Source: Candidatus Woesearchaeota archaeon
Lineage (GTDB): Archaea > Nanobdellota > Nanobdellia > Woesearchaeales > 0-14-0-80-44-23
Direction of reading: 5' to 3'
DNA length: 64,000 nucleotides
NCBI GenBank assembly: GCA_038874135.1
Contig: JAVZCZ010000001.1
Coordinates: 352,001 to 416,000, forward strand
Part shown: piece after piece, positions 49,073 to 57,729 of the stretch
Numbering within the stretch: the first letter of the stretch is position 1
How the letters are laid out: every line of letters starts with the position of its first letter
Program-made: the position numbers and the translations under genes
The notes under the pieces: generated by a model
What the model saw: the letters and a program-made list of their open reading frames with translations, nothing else
The model's database searches: none
What the model was told of the DNA's origin: nothing

Positions 49073-49966
49073 TCACATTGATTCCAAAGCCTTGATCCTA
49101 TCCTCAATCGGCGGGTGAGTGCTGAAGAGGTTAAGGAACCAGTTAGGCTTTTTGAAAGGGTTTGAAAAATACATGTGCTCAACTGCAGGATTCGCATCCC
49201 TCATCACTTGCTCGTCCTTTGCAATTTTTCTCAAAGCGTTAGCAAGTCCCTTAGGGTATCGGGTCATCAGAGCTGCATCCGCATCTGCCAGGAATTCCCT
49301 CCTGCGCGAGATTGCAAACTTTATGAGCTGGGCTGCAATCACTGAGACGAGCGCAAACACTAGCCCTAATATTGCCATCAATATAAAGCCGCCTTCATTT
49401 TCACGCCTGTCCCTCCTTGAAGGGCCGAACCAGAAGAATCCTCTAAGTAGCCAATTTGCTAGTATTCCAACCACTCCTACGAGTAGTGCGACCAGCGTCA
49501 TGAATCTCATGTCGTAGTTCTTTATGTGGCTTAGCTCGTGAGCTATGACCCCTTGAAGTTCGTCCCGGTTTAGCTTTTCAAGAGCGCCTCTGGTTACTGC
49601 TATTGAGGCGTGCTTAGGATTTCTTCCAGTAGCAAATGCGTTTATTGCAGCGTCTTCAATTATGTAGACTTTAGGCTTAGGTATGCCCGCGGCTATTGAG
49701 AGCTCTTCAACTATGTTTAGGAGTTGAGCATTGTCTTTTTTTGAAGCTGGAACCGCCCTGTGAATTGCCAGAACGAGCTGGTCTCCGATGAAATAGCTAA
49801 TGGATATTGATATGAGTGCGAAGATTGTGGCTATCACTATCGCAACTGAGCCAAAGCCGAATATGATGTCAAAGAAGTAGCCTAGGCTCCAGATTATTAG
49901 CAAGAACAGGATTATCAGCATAACTGAGCTTCTCCTGTTTGCAGAGATTCTGTCATAAACGTTCAT
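49073..49966 (-). CDS. htpX: Zn metalloprotease HtpX (M48)
   Basis: 'NAFATG', 'AHELSH', 'SRRREFLADA', 'FSTHPP'. Confidence 0.95.
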   Translation of the reverse strand: MNVYDRISANRRSSVMLIILFLLIIWSLGYFFDIIFGFGSVAIVIATIFALISISISYFIGDQLVLAIHRAVPASKKDNAQLLNIVEELSIAAGIPKPKVYIIEDAAINAFATGRNPKHASIAVTRGALEKLNRDELQGVIAHELSHIKNYDMRFMTLVALLVGVVGILANWLLRGFFWFGPSRRDRRENEGGFILMAILGLVFALVSVIAAQLIKFAISRRREFLADADAALMTRYPKGLANALRKIAKDEQVMRDANPAVEHMYFSNPFKKPNWFLNLFSTHPPIEDRIKALESM

Positions 49967-49980
49967 GGCTTTTCACCTCC

Positions 49981-50547
49981 CTATCCAGATATGTCAATTT
50001 TGACATCGCTTTTTGAAGCATCATCTGCCTGAAAGAATTCTGCCGGCTTAAAATTGAATATTCTTGCTATTATGTTGTAGGGGAATTGGTCCAGCATCGT
50101 ATTGTAGTCCATCACGACATCATTATAAAACTGCCTTGCGTAGCCTATCCTGTTCTCCGTTGAAGATATCTCTTCCTGCAATGCTAGGAATTGCTTGTCA
50201 GCTTTCAGCTGAGGGTAGGACTCTGCAACTGCAAAGAAGCTAGATATGCTTTTGGAAAGGCGCTTGTCCGCCTTGGCAACCTCTGAGAATGAGGAAGCCT
50301 TGAGAAATGCGCTTCTCGCTTCAACTATCTCCTTTAAAACACCCTTCTCATAATCTTTGTATCCTTTTACTGCTGCAACGAGTTTAGGGATTAGATCAGC
50401 TCTCCTCTTGAGCTGCACATCAATCTGTGCGAGTGCATTTTTCACCCTGTTCTTTTTGGTGACAAGTAAGTTATAGATTATTATAAATGCCAAAACTAAT
50501 GTTAATATTAATCCAAAAAAAGCTCCTTTTAAGTCCAATTTTTTCAC
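49981..50547 (-). CDS. lemA: LemA family protein
   Basis: 'QIDVQLKRRADLIP', 'ESYPQLKA', 'ENRIGYARQFYN'. Confidence 0.95.
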   Translation of the reverse strand: MKKLDLKGAFFGLILTLVLAFIIIYNLLVTKKNRVKNALAQIDVQLKRRADLIPKLVAAVKGYKDYEKGVLKEIVEARSAFLKASSFSEVAKADKRLSKSISSFFAVAESYPQLKADKQFLALQEEISSTENRIGYARQFYNDVVMDYNTMLDQFPYNIIARIFNFKPAEFFQADDASKSDVKIDISG

Positions 50548-50633
50548 CCCGCAAATCAGATATTCTACAGTTGGCTTATAAACTTTTCCTAACTTAGTTT
50601 AAAATTCTAATATTAGAAAAAATTAGAGAAGTC

Positions 50634-51665
50634 TCAAACTTTTATTTCGCTCTCTTGCAGCCTGCTGCTCAGCTTGTGCCTTTCAAGAGCGTGATAAAGA
50701 ATCCTTCTTATTAAGCCATCATAAGAAAGCCCTGCTGCGCTAGCTGCTCTAGTAAATGCAGTATCATTAGGTCCTATGTCCGGGTTGGGGTTCACTTCAA
50801 GAATGTAAGGATTGTTGTTTGAATCTAAGCGCAGGTCTATCCTTGCATAGTCCTGGCATTCTAGAACACGATATGCTGCAAGTGCCGCCTTCTTTATCCT
50901 GTTTTCAACAGTTTTTGGAATCTGTGCTGGGCAGGTCGGTATTGTGTGCTTGAACTCGTCTGATTCGGGAATCCACTTTGCAGAGTAGGAGCATATCTTC
51001 GGTTGGTTTTCTGAAAAGTTTTGAAATTGAAGCTCTTCAATTGGAAGTGCGGTTGGCTCGCTGTTCCCTAGTATAGAAATGTTAAACTCTCTGCCATCTA
51101 TAAACTCTTCTACCAATGCGTGCTGCTTGTATGTCTCTATTACATAGGCAACTCTCCTTCTCAGCTGCTCTTCATCCCTAACTACAGATTCTTGCGTTAT
51201 CCCTATACTGGCATCTTCATGTATAGGTTTCACTATTAGTGGAAATTTGAGGGTGAGCGGCAATTCTTGTTCTGGAGTGGTAAAGATGTGAAACTTGGGA
51301 GTAGGTATTCCTGCTGAGATTAGTATCTGCTTTGCTCTCGCCTTGTTTAGGCATACTGAAAGTGTTAGGGAGTTTGAGCCAGTGTAGGGTATTCCCATCA
51401 TATCCAGCATTGCGGGGATGTATGCTTCTGCCAAAACATTACTTCCAAAGCCTTCTGCAAGGTTGAAAACTACATCAGGCTTTAGAAGAAGAAGGTTTTC
51501 ATACAAGTTTTGATCAGCCTGCAAGGGTACTGTCTCGTGCCCATCCTTTTTTAGCACCTGTTCAACTGCTCTTACAGTGTTTAGTATGTCCTGATCAGCA
51601 ATTATATCAGCATCCTGTCCTCGCGAAAGCTCGCTCATAAAGTTATAAAGTATTACTACTTTCAT
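50634..51665 (-). CDS. D-Ala-D-Ala-ligase-like ATP-grasp enzyme
   Basis: 'VFNLAEG', 'IPYTGS', 'IVKP..EDASIGI', 'EEFIDGREF', 'ARIDLR', 'LEVNPNP'. Confidence 0.93.
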   Translation of the reverse strand: MKVVILYNFMSELSRGQDADIIADQDILNTVRAVEQVLKKDGHETVPLQADQNLYENLLLLKPDVVFNLAEGFGSNVLAEAYIPAMLDMMGIPYTGSNSLTLSVCLNKARAKQILISAGIPTPKFHIFTTPEQELPLTLKFPLIVKPIHEDASIGITQESVVRDEEQLRRRVAYVIETYKQHALVEEFIDGREFNISILGNSEPTALPIEELQFQNFSENQPKICSYSAKWIPESDEFKHTIPTCPAQIPKTVENRIKKAALAAYRVLECQDYARIDLRLDSNNNPYILEVNPNPDIGPNDTAFTRAASAAGLSYDGLIRRILYHALERHKLSSRLQESEIKV

Positions 51666-52747
51666 TTCCTGCTCCTCTTGTACGCCTGTTCAACCCTCTT
51701 CTGAAGATCCTTTACGACTAAGGATTTCTTGAACTTCATCTTTAAGCCGTACCTCGCCGCTGCGTGGTAGAGCACTGTGTTTATGAGCTGCTCATATGTC
51801 AGGCCCATGGAGTACCACATTGTAGGAAGGTTGCTGTGCTCTTCCGGGTCTGGAATTATTCCCGGAAGTGGGTTTATTTCAAGAACCTGAGGCCTGTTGT
51901 GAGCGTCCATTCGCATGTCAATTCTGCACCAGTCCCTAACATTCAGTGCCTTGTATGTTGCCAGGGCAAGCTCTGATATTCTCTTTCTTAATCGCGAGTT
52001 TATCTTTGCAGGGCAAGACACCATGTTTATCTTGTTCTCCTTAGTGTCCCAGAGCCACTTTGCTTCATAGGAGTAGATGGGATTTGCCCCTTTGGGAAGC
52101 CCGTCAAAGACTAATTCCAAGATTGGAAGCACAACAGGGTTTTCATTTCCGATAACTGCAACTGTGAATTCTCTGCCACTTAGGAAGTTTTCTACAAGTG
52201 CTGGCTCCTCATATTTTGTGATTATTTCGCAAACTTTTTTTCTAAGCTGCTTCTCATTTTTAACGAGAGAATTATTTCTTATCCCCTTGCTGGAGCCCTC
52301 GTAGAGGGGCTTTACAATCATTGGAAATTTTAGCCTGCTGCTAATCTTCTCGTTTCCCTTATAAAAAACTTGAAATGGCGGCGTGGGTATTCCATTCTGC
52401 ATTAGTATCTCCTTTGTCATTGCCTTGTTGAGCCCTATGGACAATGTTGCCGGGTCTGAAGCCGTGTAGGGTATTCCTAAGAGTTCCAACATAGCTGGAA
52501 TTTGGGATTCTCTATTCCTGCCCCTTACTCCCTCGGCTATGTTGAAAACAATATCCGGCTTGAATTTTTTCAGTTTTATAAATGCATTCTCGTCTGCTTC
52601 AATTCTTACTGTTTTAAACCCTCCCTTTCTTATTGAGGATTCTATTGCTGCGATTGTTGTTTCGTCGTCACATTCAGAATAGAAATCTTTTGGGAGCCCC
52701 TTTTTCGGTTTCTTTTTTAGGTTGTAAGTTATTCCTACCAGTGTCAT
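51662..52747 (-). CDS. D-Ala-D-Ala-ligase-like ATP-grasp enzyme
   Basis: 'VFNIAEG', 'IPYTASD', 'IVKPLYEGSSKGI', 'GREFTV', 'RIDMR', 'LEINPLPG'. Confidence 0.93.
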   Translation of the reverse strand: MTLVGITYNLKKKPKKGLPKDFYSECDDETTIAAIESSIRKGGFKTVRIEADENAFIKLKKFKPDIVFNIAEGVRGRNRESQIPAMLELLGIPYTASDPATLSIGLNKAMTKEILMQNGIPTPPFQVFYKGNEKISSRLKFPMIVKPLYEGSSKGIRNNSLVKNEKQLRKKVCEIITKYEEPALVENFLSGREFTVAVIGNENPVVLPILELVFDGLPKGANPIYSYEAKWLWDTKENKINMVSCPAKINSRLRKRISELALATYKALNVRDWCRIDMRMDAHNRPQVLEINPLPGIIPDPEEHSNLPTMWYSMGLTYEQLINTVLYHAAARYGLKMKFKKSLVVKDLQKRVEQAYKRSRK

Positions 52748-52768
52748 TTTGTTTCAACCATTATTACT

Positions 52769-53839
52769 TTAGGGCAGTGGATATTCATATCTTTTTCCTT
52801 CATAATTTCTAAGAATGATTTTTCTCTTCCCATTCTTTTCCTTTTTCTCTCCAAGGTAATACTTGGGCAACAGCGGAATCTTTCCTCCTCCGCCAGGCGC
52901 ATCTATAACATAGTGCGGTACTGCCATTCCACTTGTAAAGCCCCTTAGCGAGTGGATTATTTCAATGCCTTTTGAAACTTCTGTGCGGAAGTGTTTTGTG
53001 CCCTTCACAATGTCCGCCTGATATAAGTAGTAGGGCTTTACTCTCATGCGCAGTAGTTTGTGCACGAGCTCCTTCATTATCTTGGGATCGTCATTTACTC
53101 CTTTTAGAAGCACTGATTGGTTTCCTACGGGAATTCCTGCGTCTGCAAGCATTGTGCATGCCCTTATGCTTTCAGGAGTTATCTCCTGAGGATGGTTGAA
53201 GTGGGTATTTATGTATATTGGGTGATATTTTTTTAGGATGTTGCACAGCTTTTTTGTTATTCTCTGCGGCAGAGCGCATGGCATTCTCGTTCCTATTCTG
53301 ATTATCTCCACATGCTTTATTGCCCTCAAGTTTTTCAGTATGAACTCAATCTTATCATCTGTTAGCATTAGAGGGTCTCCACCTGATATTATTACATCTC
53401 TAACTTCGGGATGACTTTTTATGTATTGAATCCCCTTCTTCATTTCTTCTATTGAGATTTCCCTGTCGGGATGGCCTACTCTTCTCTTTCTCGTGCAGAA
53501 TCTGCAGTACATTGAGCACTGGTTGGACACTAAGAAAAGTACCCTGTCTGGATATCTGTGCACTATTCCTGGAACTGGGCTTTGGTGTTCCTCTTGAAGT
53601 GGGTCTGGAAGTCCTTCTGTGTCTTTCAGTTCAAGCTCGTCCGGGATACACTGCTTCCAAACGGCATCTCCCCTCTTCTTTATTAGGCTTAGATAGTACG
53701 GGTTTACCCTCATTGGATAAACCGAAGCGACTCTTTTTATCGTATTTAGCTCTTTATCCGAGAGCTTGAATTTGGAGAGAGCCTTCTTTAGATTGTTTTC
53801 ATCTTTTGATTCGGAAAGAAGTTTTTGCCAGAGTTCCAT
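52769..53839 (-). CDS. kamA: KamA-family radical SAM/PLP 2,3-aminomutase (lysine-type residues)
   Basis: 'HRYPDRVL', CxxxCxxC 'CSMYCRFCTR', 'SGGDPL', 'HFNHP', 'NQSVLL', 'YQAD', 'DAPGGGGK'. Confidence 0.92.
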   Translation of the reverse strand: MELWQKLLSESKDENNLKKALSKFKLSDKELNTIKRVASVYPMRVNPYYLSLIKKRGDAVWKQCIPDELELKDTEGLPDPLQEEHQSPVPGIVHRYPDRVLFLVSNQCSMYCRFCTRKRRVGHPDREISIEEMKKGIQYIKSHPEVRDVIISGGDPLMLTDDKIEFILKNLRAIKHVEIIRIGTRMPCALPQRITKKLCNILKKYHPIYINTHFNHPQEITPESIRACTMLADAGIPVGNQSVLLKGVNDDPKIMKELVHKLLRMRVKPYYLYQADIVKGTKHFRTEVSKGIEIIHSLRGFTSGMAVPHYVIDAPGGGGKIPLLPKYYLGEKKEKNGKRKIILRNYEGKRYEYPLP

Positions 53840-53857
53840 TTTTCAGTCTTGCCCCTC

Positions 53858-53953
53858 TTAGAAGTACTTAGAAGGTATCACCCGCCCGAAGGCAGTTTTT
53901 AAGAAGGTTTTCTGTTCTTTGTAAGGATAACAGGCACATTTCAGAACTTTCAT
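53858..53953 (-). CDS. Possible 31-aa leader peptide upstream of kamA
   Basis: ATG...TAA ORF MKVLKCACYPYKEQKTFLKTAFGRVIPSKYF; its stop directly precedes the kamA GAGGGG RBS. Confidence 0.35.
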   Translation of the reverse strand: MKVLKCACYPYKEQKTFLKTAFGRVIPSKYF

Positions 53954-54060
53954 TTGTATGTGGGTGTTTTTATCCCGTTGACACCTCGTTGAAACTTTTT
54001 TTATTTGTATGTTAATATGGTATGCTAAGCTTATTTAAATATTTAACTTTTTGAAAAAAA

Positions 54061-54136
54061 TTTCCGACGAGAAAATTTTAAAATTTATGTTTATCAAAAA
54101 TTTGATAAAAAAATTTTGTAATTTTTCCGACGAGAA
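54061..54136. promoter_or_regulatory. Two 13-bp direct repeats flanking a palindrome, upstream of the kamA promoter
   Basis: TTTCCGACGAGAA at 54061 and 54124; TTTATCAAA-AA-TTTGATAAA at 54090-54109. Confidence 0.6.
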
Positions 54137-56428
54137 TCATTGTAAGAGATTTTTCTTAGATGATCCTGCATATTCAGAATCAATTATGCGCCTTATTGCT
54201 CTGGCTTTCTTTTCTCCTATGAGTGCAACTTCCTTTAGTTCTTCCTCAGAAGCATTGAAAACATTTCTTACTGAGCCGAAGTGGTGTAGGAGTTCTCTAG
54301 AAATGTCAGCGCCTACTCCTGGAAGTGAAGAGACAATATATTCTTGCTGTTCCCGCTCTGTTTGAAGCTTCTTTTCAGCATGCATATTAAAGTCAGAGCC
54401 CTCATTAAGTTGTTCCCTCCTTGCTATTACCATTAAAAGAGCTGCGGTCTCTCTGAAGTTCTTTGTCTGAACTACAGGCACTCCATAACTTACAACTATG
54501 GTAGCTAGCATTCCCCTAATAGCATTTGGATGTATATTCCGTATAGAGTAGATATCTTCTGTTCCTTCCAAGATTAAAATGGGGCGCTCGTAAGAATTAG
54601 CTAAGTTTTTAAGCTGAGATAATAATCTTCCATCAATTATTGAGTCCACAAAGTCAGGTATTCTTTTTATCTCAACTGCCACTCTGTCGCTTAGTACATA
54701 ATCTGCAACTTCAAGGCTTTCCAGGCTTATCTCTACACCTGCATTGGAAAGTTCTCGTAGGAGCATTGAACCCTTTTCCCGCGAGTCCGCTTTAACCCTT
54801 ATTCTTATCCCTTCAGGATTGAAATCTGAAAGCTTAAGCTCTTTTGAAACACTTTCCTGTTTTGATACATAGCCATTAAGAGTTAGTCCTTTTTTTAGTT
54901 CCTGAAGCGTGTTTCGCATCTTCCTCTCCTTATAGAAGGCAGACCACCTGTACATCTCATCCCTTGTGTTCTTTGTTATCAGCATGATTACTCTTCCAGA
55001 CTCGTGCCTTCCAGTCCTGCCCCGCCGCTGTATCGTCCTTATTGCTGAGGGGATTGGCTCATAAAATATCACTATATCCACTTGGGGAATATCTAAGCCT
55101 TCTTCACCTATGGATGTTGCCACAAGTATGTTAAAATCTCCTCTTGAGAAGCTCTCCAGTAGCGCCTTCTGTTCCTTCTGACTCATGCCCGTGTCTTTCT
55201 TCTTGGCCTGTCCCACAAATATCTTCGGAAATGCCCCTTGAATTTTTGATATTTCTTCAATAATGCGCGAGGCAGAATCCCTATATTGAGTAAAGATTAT
55301 CATCTTCACTGAAGATTTCTTTCTGATTTCTTCAGCAACTATCTCTGAAAGTTTGGCAAGTTTAGGATGCTCAAGTCCCCTCTCCACTATCTCTCTAGCT
55401 TTAATTACTGCCTTCTTGAAGTTTGGGTCTGCTACAAGATTCTTAACTGCTCTAACTCTGGTAGAAACTGATTCCTCTTCAAGCTTTTCAAAATACTCAT
55501 TAAGCTGTCTTATTCCCTGAGTTTCAAGAAGTTCTAGAGCGTGCTGAACCTTCATTGCCTCTGCTAGAAGTGAAACTGCCTGCATTGCTTCAAAGCTTTT
55601 TTCGCCAGCTGCAATCTGGGCGTGAAGGCTTCCTTGAAGCATCAGAATCTCTTTTTTTGAGATTGTTTTCGGTATCCGTTCAGTTATGCCCAGATTATTA
55701 ACTGCTTCAACCTTAGAATTAAAACACTCTTCCAATAACTTTTTTACTTCCACGAACTCGCTAGGTAGTTCTACGCTTACCCATTCAAATTCCATCTTTT
55801 GTATGTAAGGCTTAACATCCGGGTCGTGTTCTGAGCGTATCTCCACAGCTTCTATGAACAGGTTTCTGCAAACCTCCATTATTCCCTCAGTGGTGCTTCC
55901 AGGGGAGGCGGTAAGTGCTAATATTCTCGGAAATCTAGCTTTCTGGACATAAGCGTTGGCTATAAACCCATATGCGTAGTTGCCAACAGCCCTGTGAGCC
56001 TCATCAATTACCAGCAGGCTAACCTCTGAAAGGTGTATCTTTCCTCCAATGATATCATTTTCCAGCCCTTGAGGCGTAGAAGATATGATCCTGAGCTTGC
56101 CCCAAAGTTCTGCCCTTTTTTGAGGGCTCATCATTCCTGTAAATACTGCTGCTTCATTCTCATTAATTGAAAGGAATCTTAAAAATGATTTGAGGTGTTG
56201 CTCTGCCAGCGGCTTTGTTGGGGATAAGATTACCACCTTAGAGGTTGGAAATGCGTTCAGACGGTGAGCAGCGAGCATTATGGCTATTGCAGTTTTGCCT
56301 AGACCTGTTGGCAGCACTACCAGAGTGTTTTTCTGAACTGCTGTAGCAAAGATTGCCTCCTGATAGAGCCTTGGCTTGAAGTCGCGAATCTTAATCGTAG
56401 CATCCTCTCCTAAATTGCCACCCTCCAT
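54137..56428 (-). CDS. hef: Hef (FANCM-like helicase + ERCC4 nuclease + HhH)
   Basis: 'PRLYQ', 'LPTGLGKT', 'DEAH', 'TASPG', 'QRRGRTGR'; ERCC4 'DSRE...ADY...VEIK...DF..SIIDGRL'. Confidence 0.95.
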   Translation of the reverse strand: MEGGNLGEDATIKIRDFKPRLYQEAIFATAVQKNTLVVLPTGLGKTAIAIMLAAHRLNAFPTSKVVILSPTKPLAEQHLKSFLRFLSINENEAAVFTGMMSPQKRAELWGKLRIISSTPQGLENDIIGGKIHLSEVSLLVIDEAHRAVGNYAYGFIANAYVQKARFPRILALTASPGSTTEGIMEVCRNLFIEAVEIRSEHDPDVKPYIQKMEFEWVSVELPSEFVEVKKLLEECFNSKVEAVNNLGITERIPKTISKKEILMLQGSLHAQIAAGEKSFEAMQAVSLLAEAMKVQHALELLETQGIRQLNEYFEKLEEESVSTRVRAVKNLVADPNFKKAVIKAREIVERGLEHPKLAKLSEIVAEEIRKKSSVKMIIFTQYRDSASRIIEEISKIQGAFPKIFVGQAKKKDTGMSQKEQKALLESFSRGDFNILVATSIGEEGLDIPQVDIVIFYEPIPSAIRTIQRRGRTGRHESGRVIMLITKNTRDEMYRWSAFYKERKMRNTLQELKKGLTLNGYVSKQESVSKELKLSDFNPEGIRIRVKADSREKGSMLLRELSNAGVEISLESLEVADYVLSDRVAVEIKRIPDFVDSIIDGRLLSQLKNLANSYERPILILEGTEDIYSIRNIHPNAIRGMLATIVVSYGVPVVQTKNFRETAALLMVIARREQLNEGSDFNMHAEKKLQTEREQQEYIVSSLPGVGADISRELLHHFGSVRNVFNASEEELKEVALIGEKKARAIRRIIDSEYAGSSKKNLLQ

Positions 56429-56517
56429 AAATCCGGAATATCGTTCTCTTCTTTAAAAACATTTTGGGAAGGTGTCCAATGACAAAATATTTATACAAAT
56501 TCGGGAATAGTTTCAGT

Positions 56518-56940
56518 ATGGCTGAAATTCTCTTTGTGCTCATGCTCCTGGTAGGAGCTCTTCTAATCTGGGTTGGGTACATACTTGGAAGAAGAGTTGA
56601 AGATTACCTGTGGAAGAAGGAAAAGTTAAAACCTGTAGTGCAGGAGAGGATAAATGCTTCAAGAGCAGTTTTAGGAGGACAGTTCAGCGAGCAGCTAGCA
56701 CCATACCTTCCAGAATTCCAATACAGCCCGACGGAGTGCAGATTCATAGGAAAGCCTGTGGATTTCATAGTGTTCAGGGGAATGGATTCTGGAGAAATTG
56801 AAGAAGTGATATTCTTAGAGATAAAGAGCGGTAAGACAGCCTCTCTTAACCACAGAGAGCTCAGCTTAAAAAGGGCAGTGCAAGACAAGAAGGTCCGCTG
56901 GGAAATCTACAGAGTGCCTGAAGGAATTCTAAAAAAATAG
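56518..56940 (+). CDS. Membrane-anchored Holliday-junction-resolvase-like endonuclease
   Basis: N-terminal TM; 'SRAVLGGQFSEQLAPY', 'RFIGKPVDFIVF.G', 'FLEIKSG'. Confidence 0.85.
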   Translation: MAEILFVLMLLVGALLIWVGYILGRRVEDYLWKKEKLKPVVQERINASRAVLGGQFSEQLAPYLPEFQYSPTECRFIGKPVDFIVFRGMDSGEIEEVIFLEIKSGKTASLNHRELSLKRAVQDKKVRWEIYRVPEGILKK

Positions 56941-56949
56941 AGTAGTTTC

Positions 56950-57687
56950 TTATTTCATCTCATAATTGAAGAAGTAGTACGCCCAAGAGAGTATGCCTAT
57001 CAAAAGTCCCCCGATAATTATTAGCGGAATGCTTTTTAAGAGCAGAATTAGAAGCCCTGTGGCTAGCACCGCTGCAAGGGAAAAAGCATAGAGTGGCCTG
57101 GCAGCATAAAGAACCTTGCTGCCATCCAGTGGAGGTATTGGAAGCATTGAAAATAATGCCATTAGCACATTGAATTTTATAGCTAATGGAATTAGGGGGC
57201 TTGGAAGTCCTGAGAAGAACTTGAAGAATAATGCGAGAATAAGATTAGCAACTGGGCCCATCATCGCAATTATTCCCAGAGAGAAGTAGTTTATGTTGTA
57301 TCTGAAGTATCCGAGTCTGTGGCCCGGTAGCATTGTAACTGCGAAACCTCCCAACATCAGTATTGGCAGCCAGCCGTTTGTCAGGAAGCACAGAAATAAA
57401 GATGTGAGTATTCCTGTAAGCCAGAATTGGTATTCCAGCTTGTAGCCTATGTGCAGCGCGTATATCTTCTGAACTGAAACCTTGAAGAGCAGGGAGAGTG
57501 TTATTATTAGAAATGCGTTGAAGAGGTTTCTCAATCCTGCTGAGAAGTCAAAAGTGGCTCCACCCCACTGCCTGAAGGAAAGTATGAAGGCTGATGTGAG
57601 TATTGTTATCAGAAGCGCTCTAATTTCTAACTGAGAAAATTTGAAATGTTCCCTAATCTTTCCGCGGAGGTCGTACAGGGAATACAT
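56950..57687 (-). CDS. Site-2 protease (M50)-like membrane protein with degenerate HExxH
   Basis: 'GPVANL' and 'LPIPPLDGSK' present; the HExxH position reads 'FKVSVQK'. Confidence 0.8.
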   Translation of the reverse strand: MYSLYDLRGKIREHFKFSQLEIRALLITILTSAFILSFRQWGGATFDFSAGLRNLFNAFLIITLSLLFKVSVQKIYALHIGYKLEYQFWLTGILTSLFLCFLTNGWLPILMLGGFAVTMLPGHRLGYFRYNINYFSLGIIAMMGPVANLILALFFKFFSGLPSPLIPLAIKFNVLMALFSMLPIPPLDGSKVLYAARPLYAFSLAAVLATGLLILLLKSIPLIIIGGLLIGILSWAYYFFNYEMK

Positions 57688-57729
57688 AAGAGCACTTCAA
57701 TTTATTAATATTTAAAAATGTTTCTTAGC

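Noticed and set aside
50634-52747. Peptidoglycan synthesis implied by the ddl-like genes
   Set aside because: No mur, alr or PBP genes in the window; the archaeal context and the linkage to kamA point to another product.
53840-54015. Canonical lysine riboswitch upstream of kamA
   Set aside because: Only a GAGGTG resemblance; the conserved loop-E, kink-turn and kissing-loop elements are not visible.
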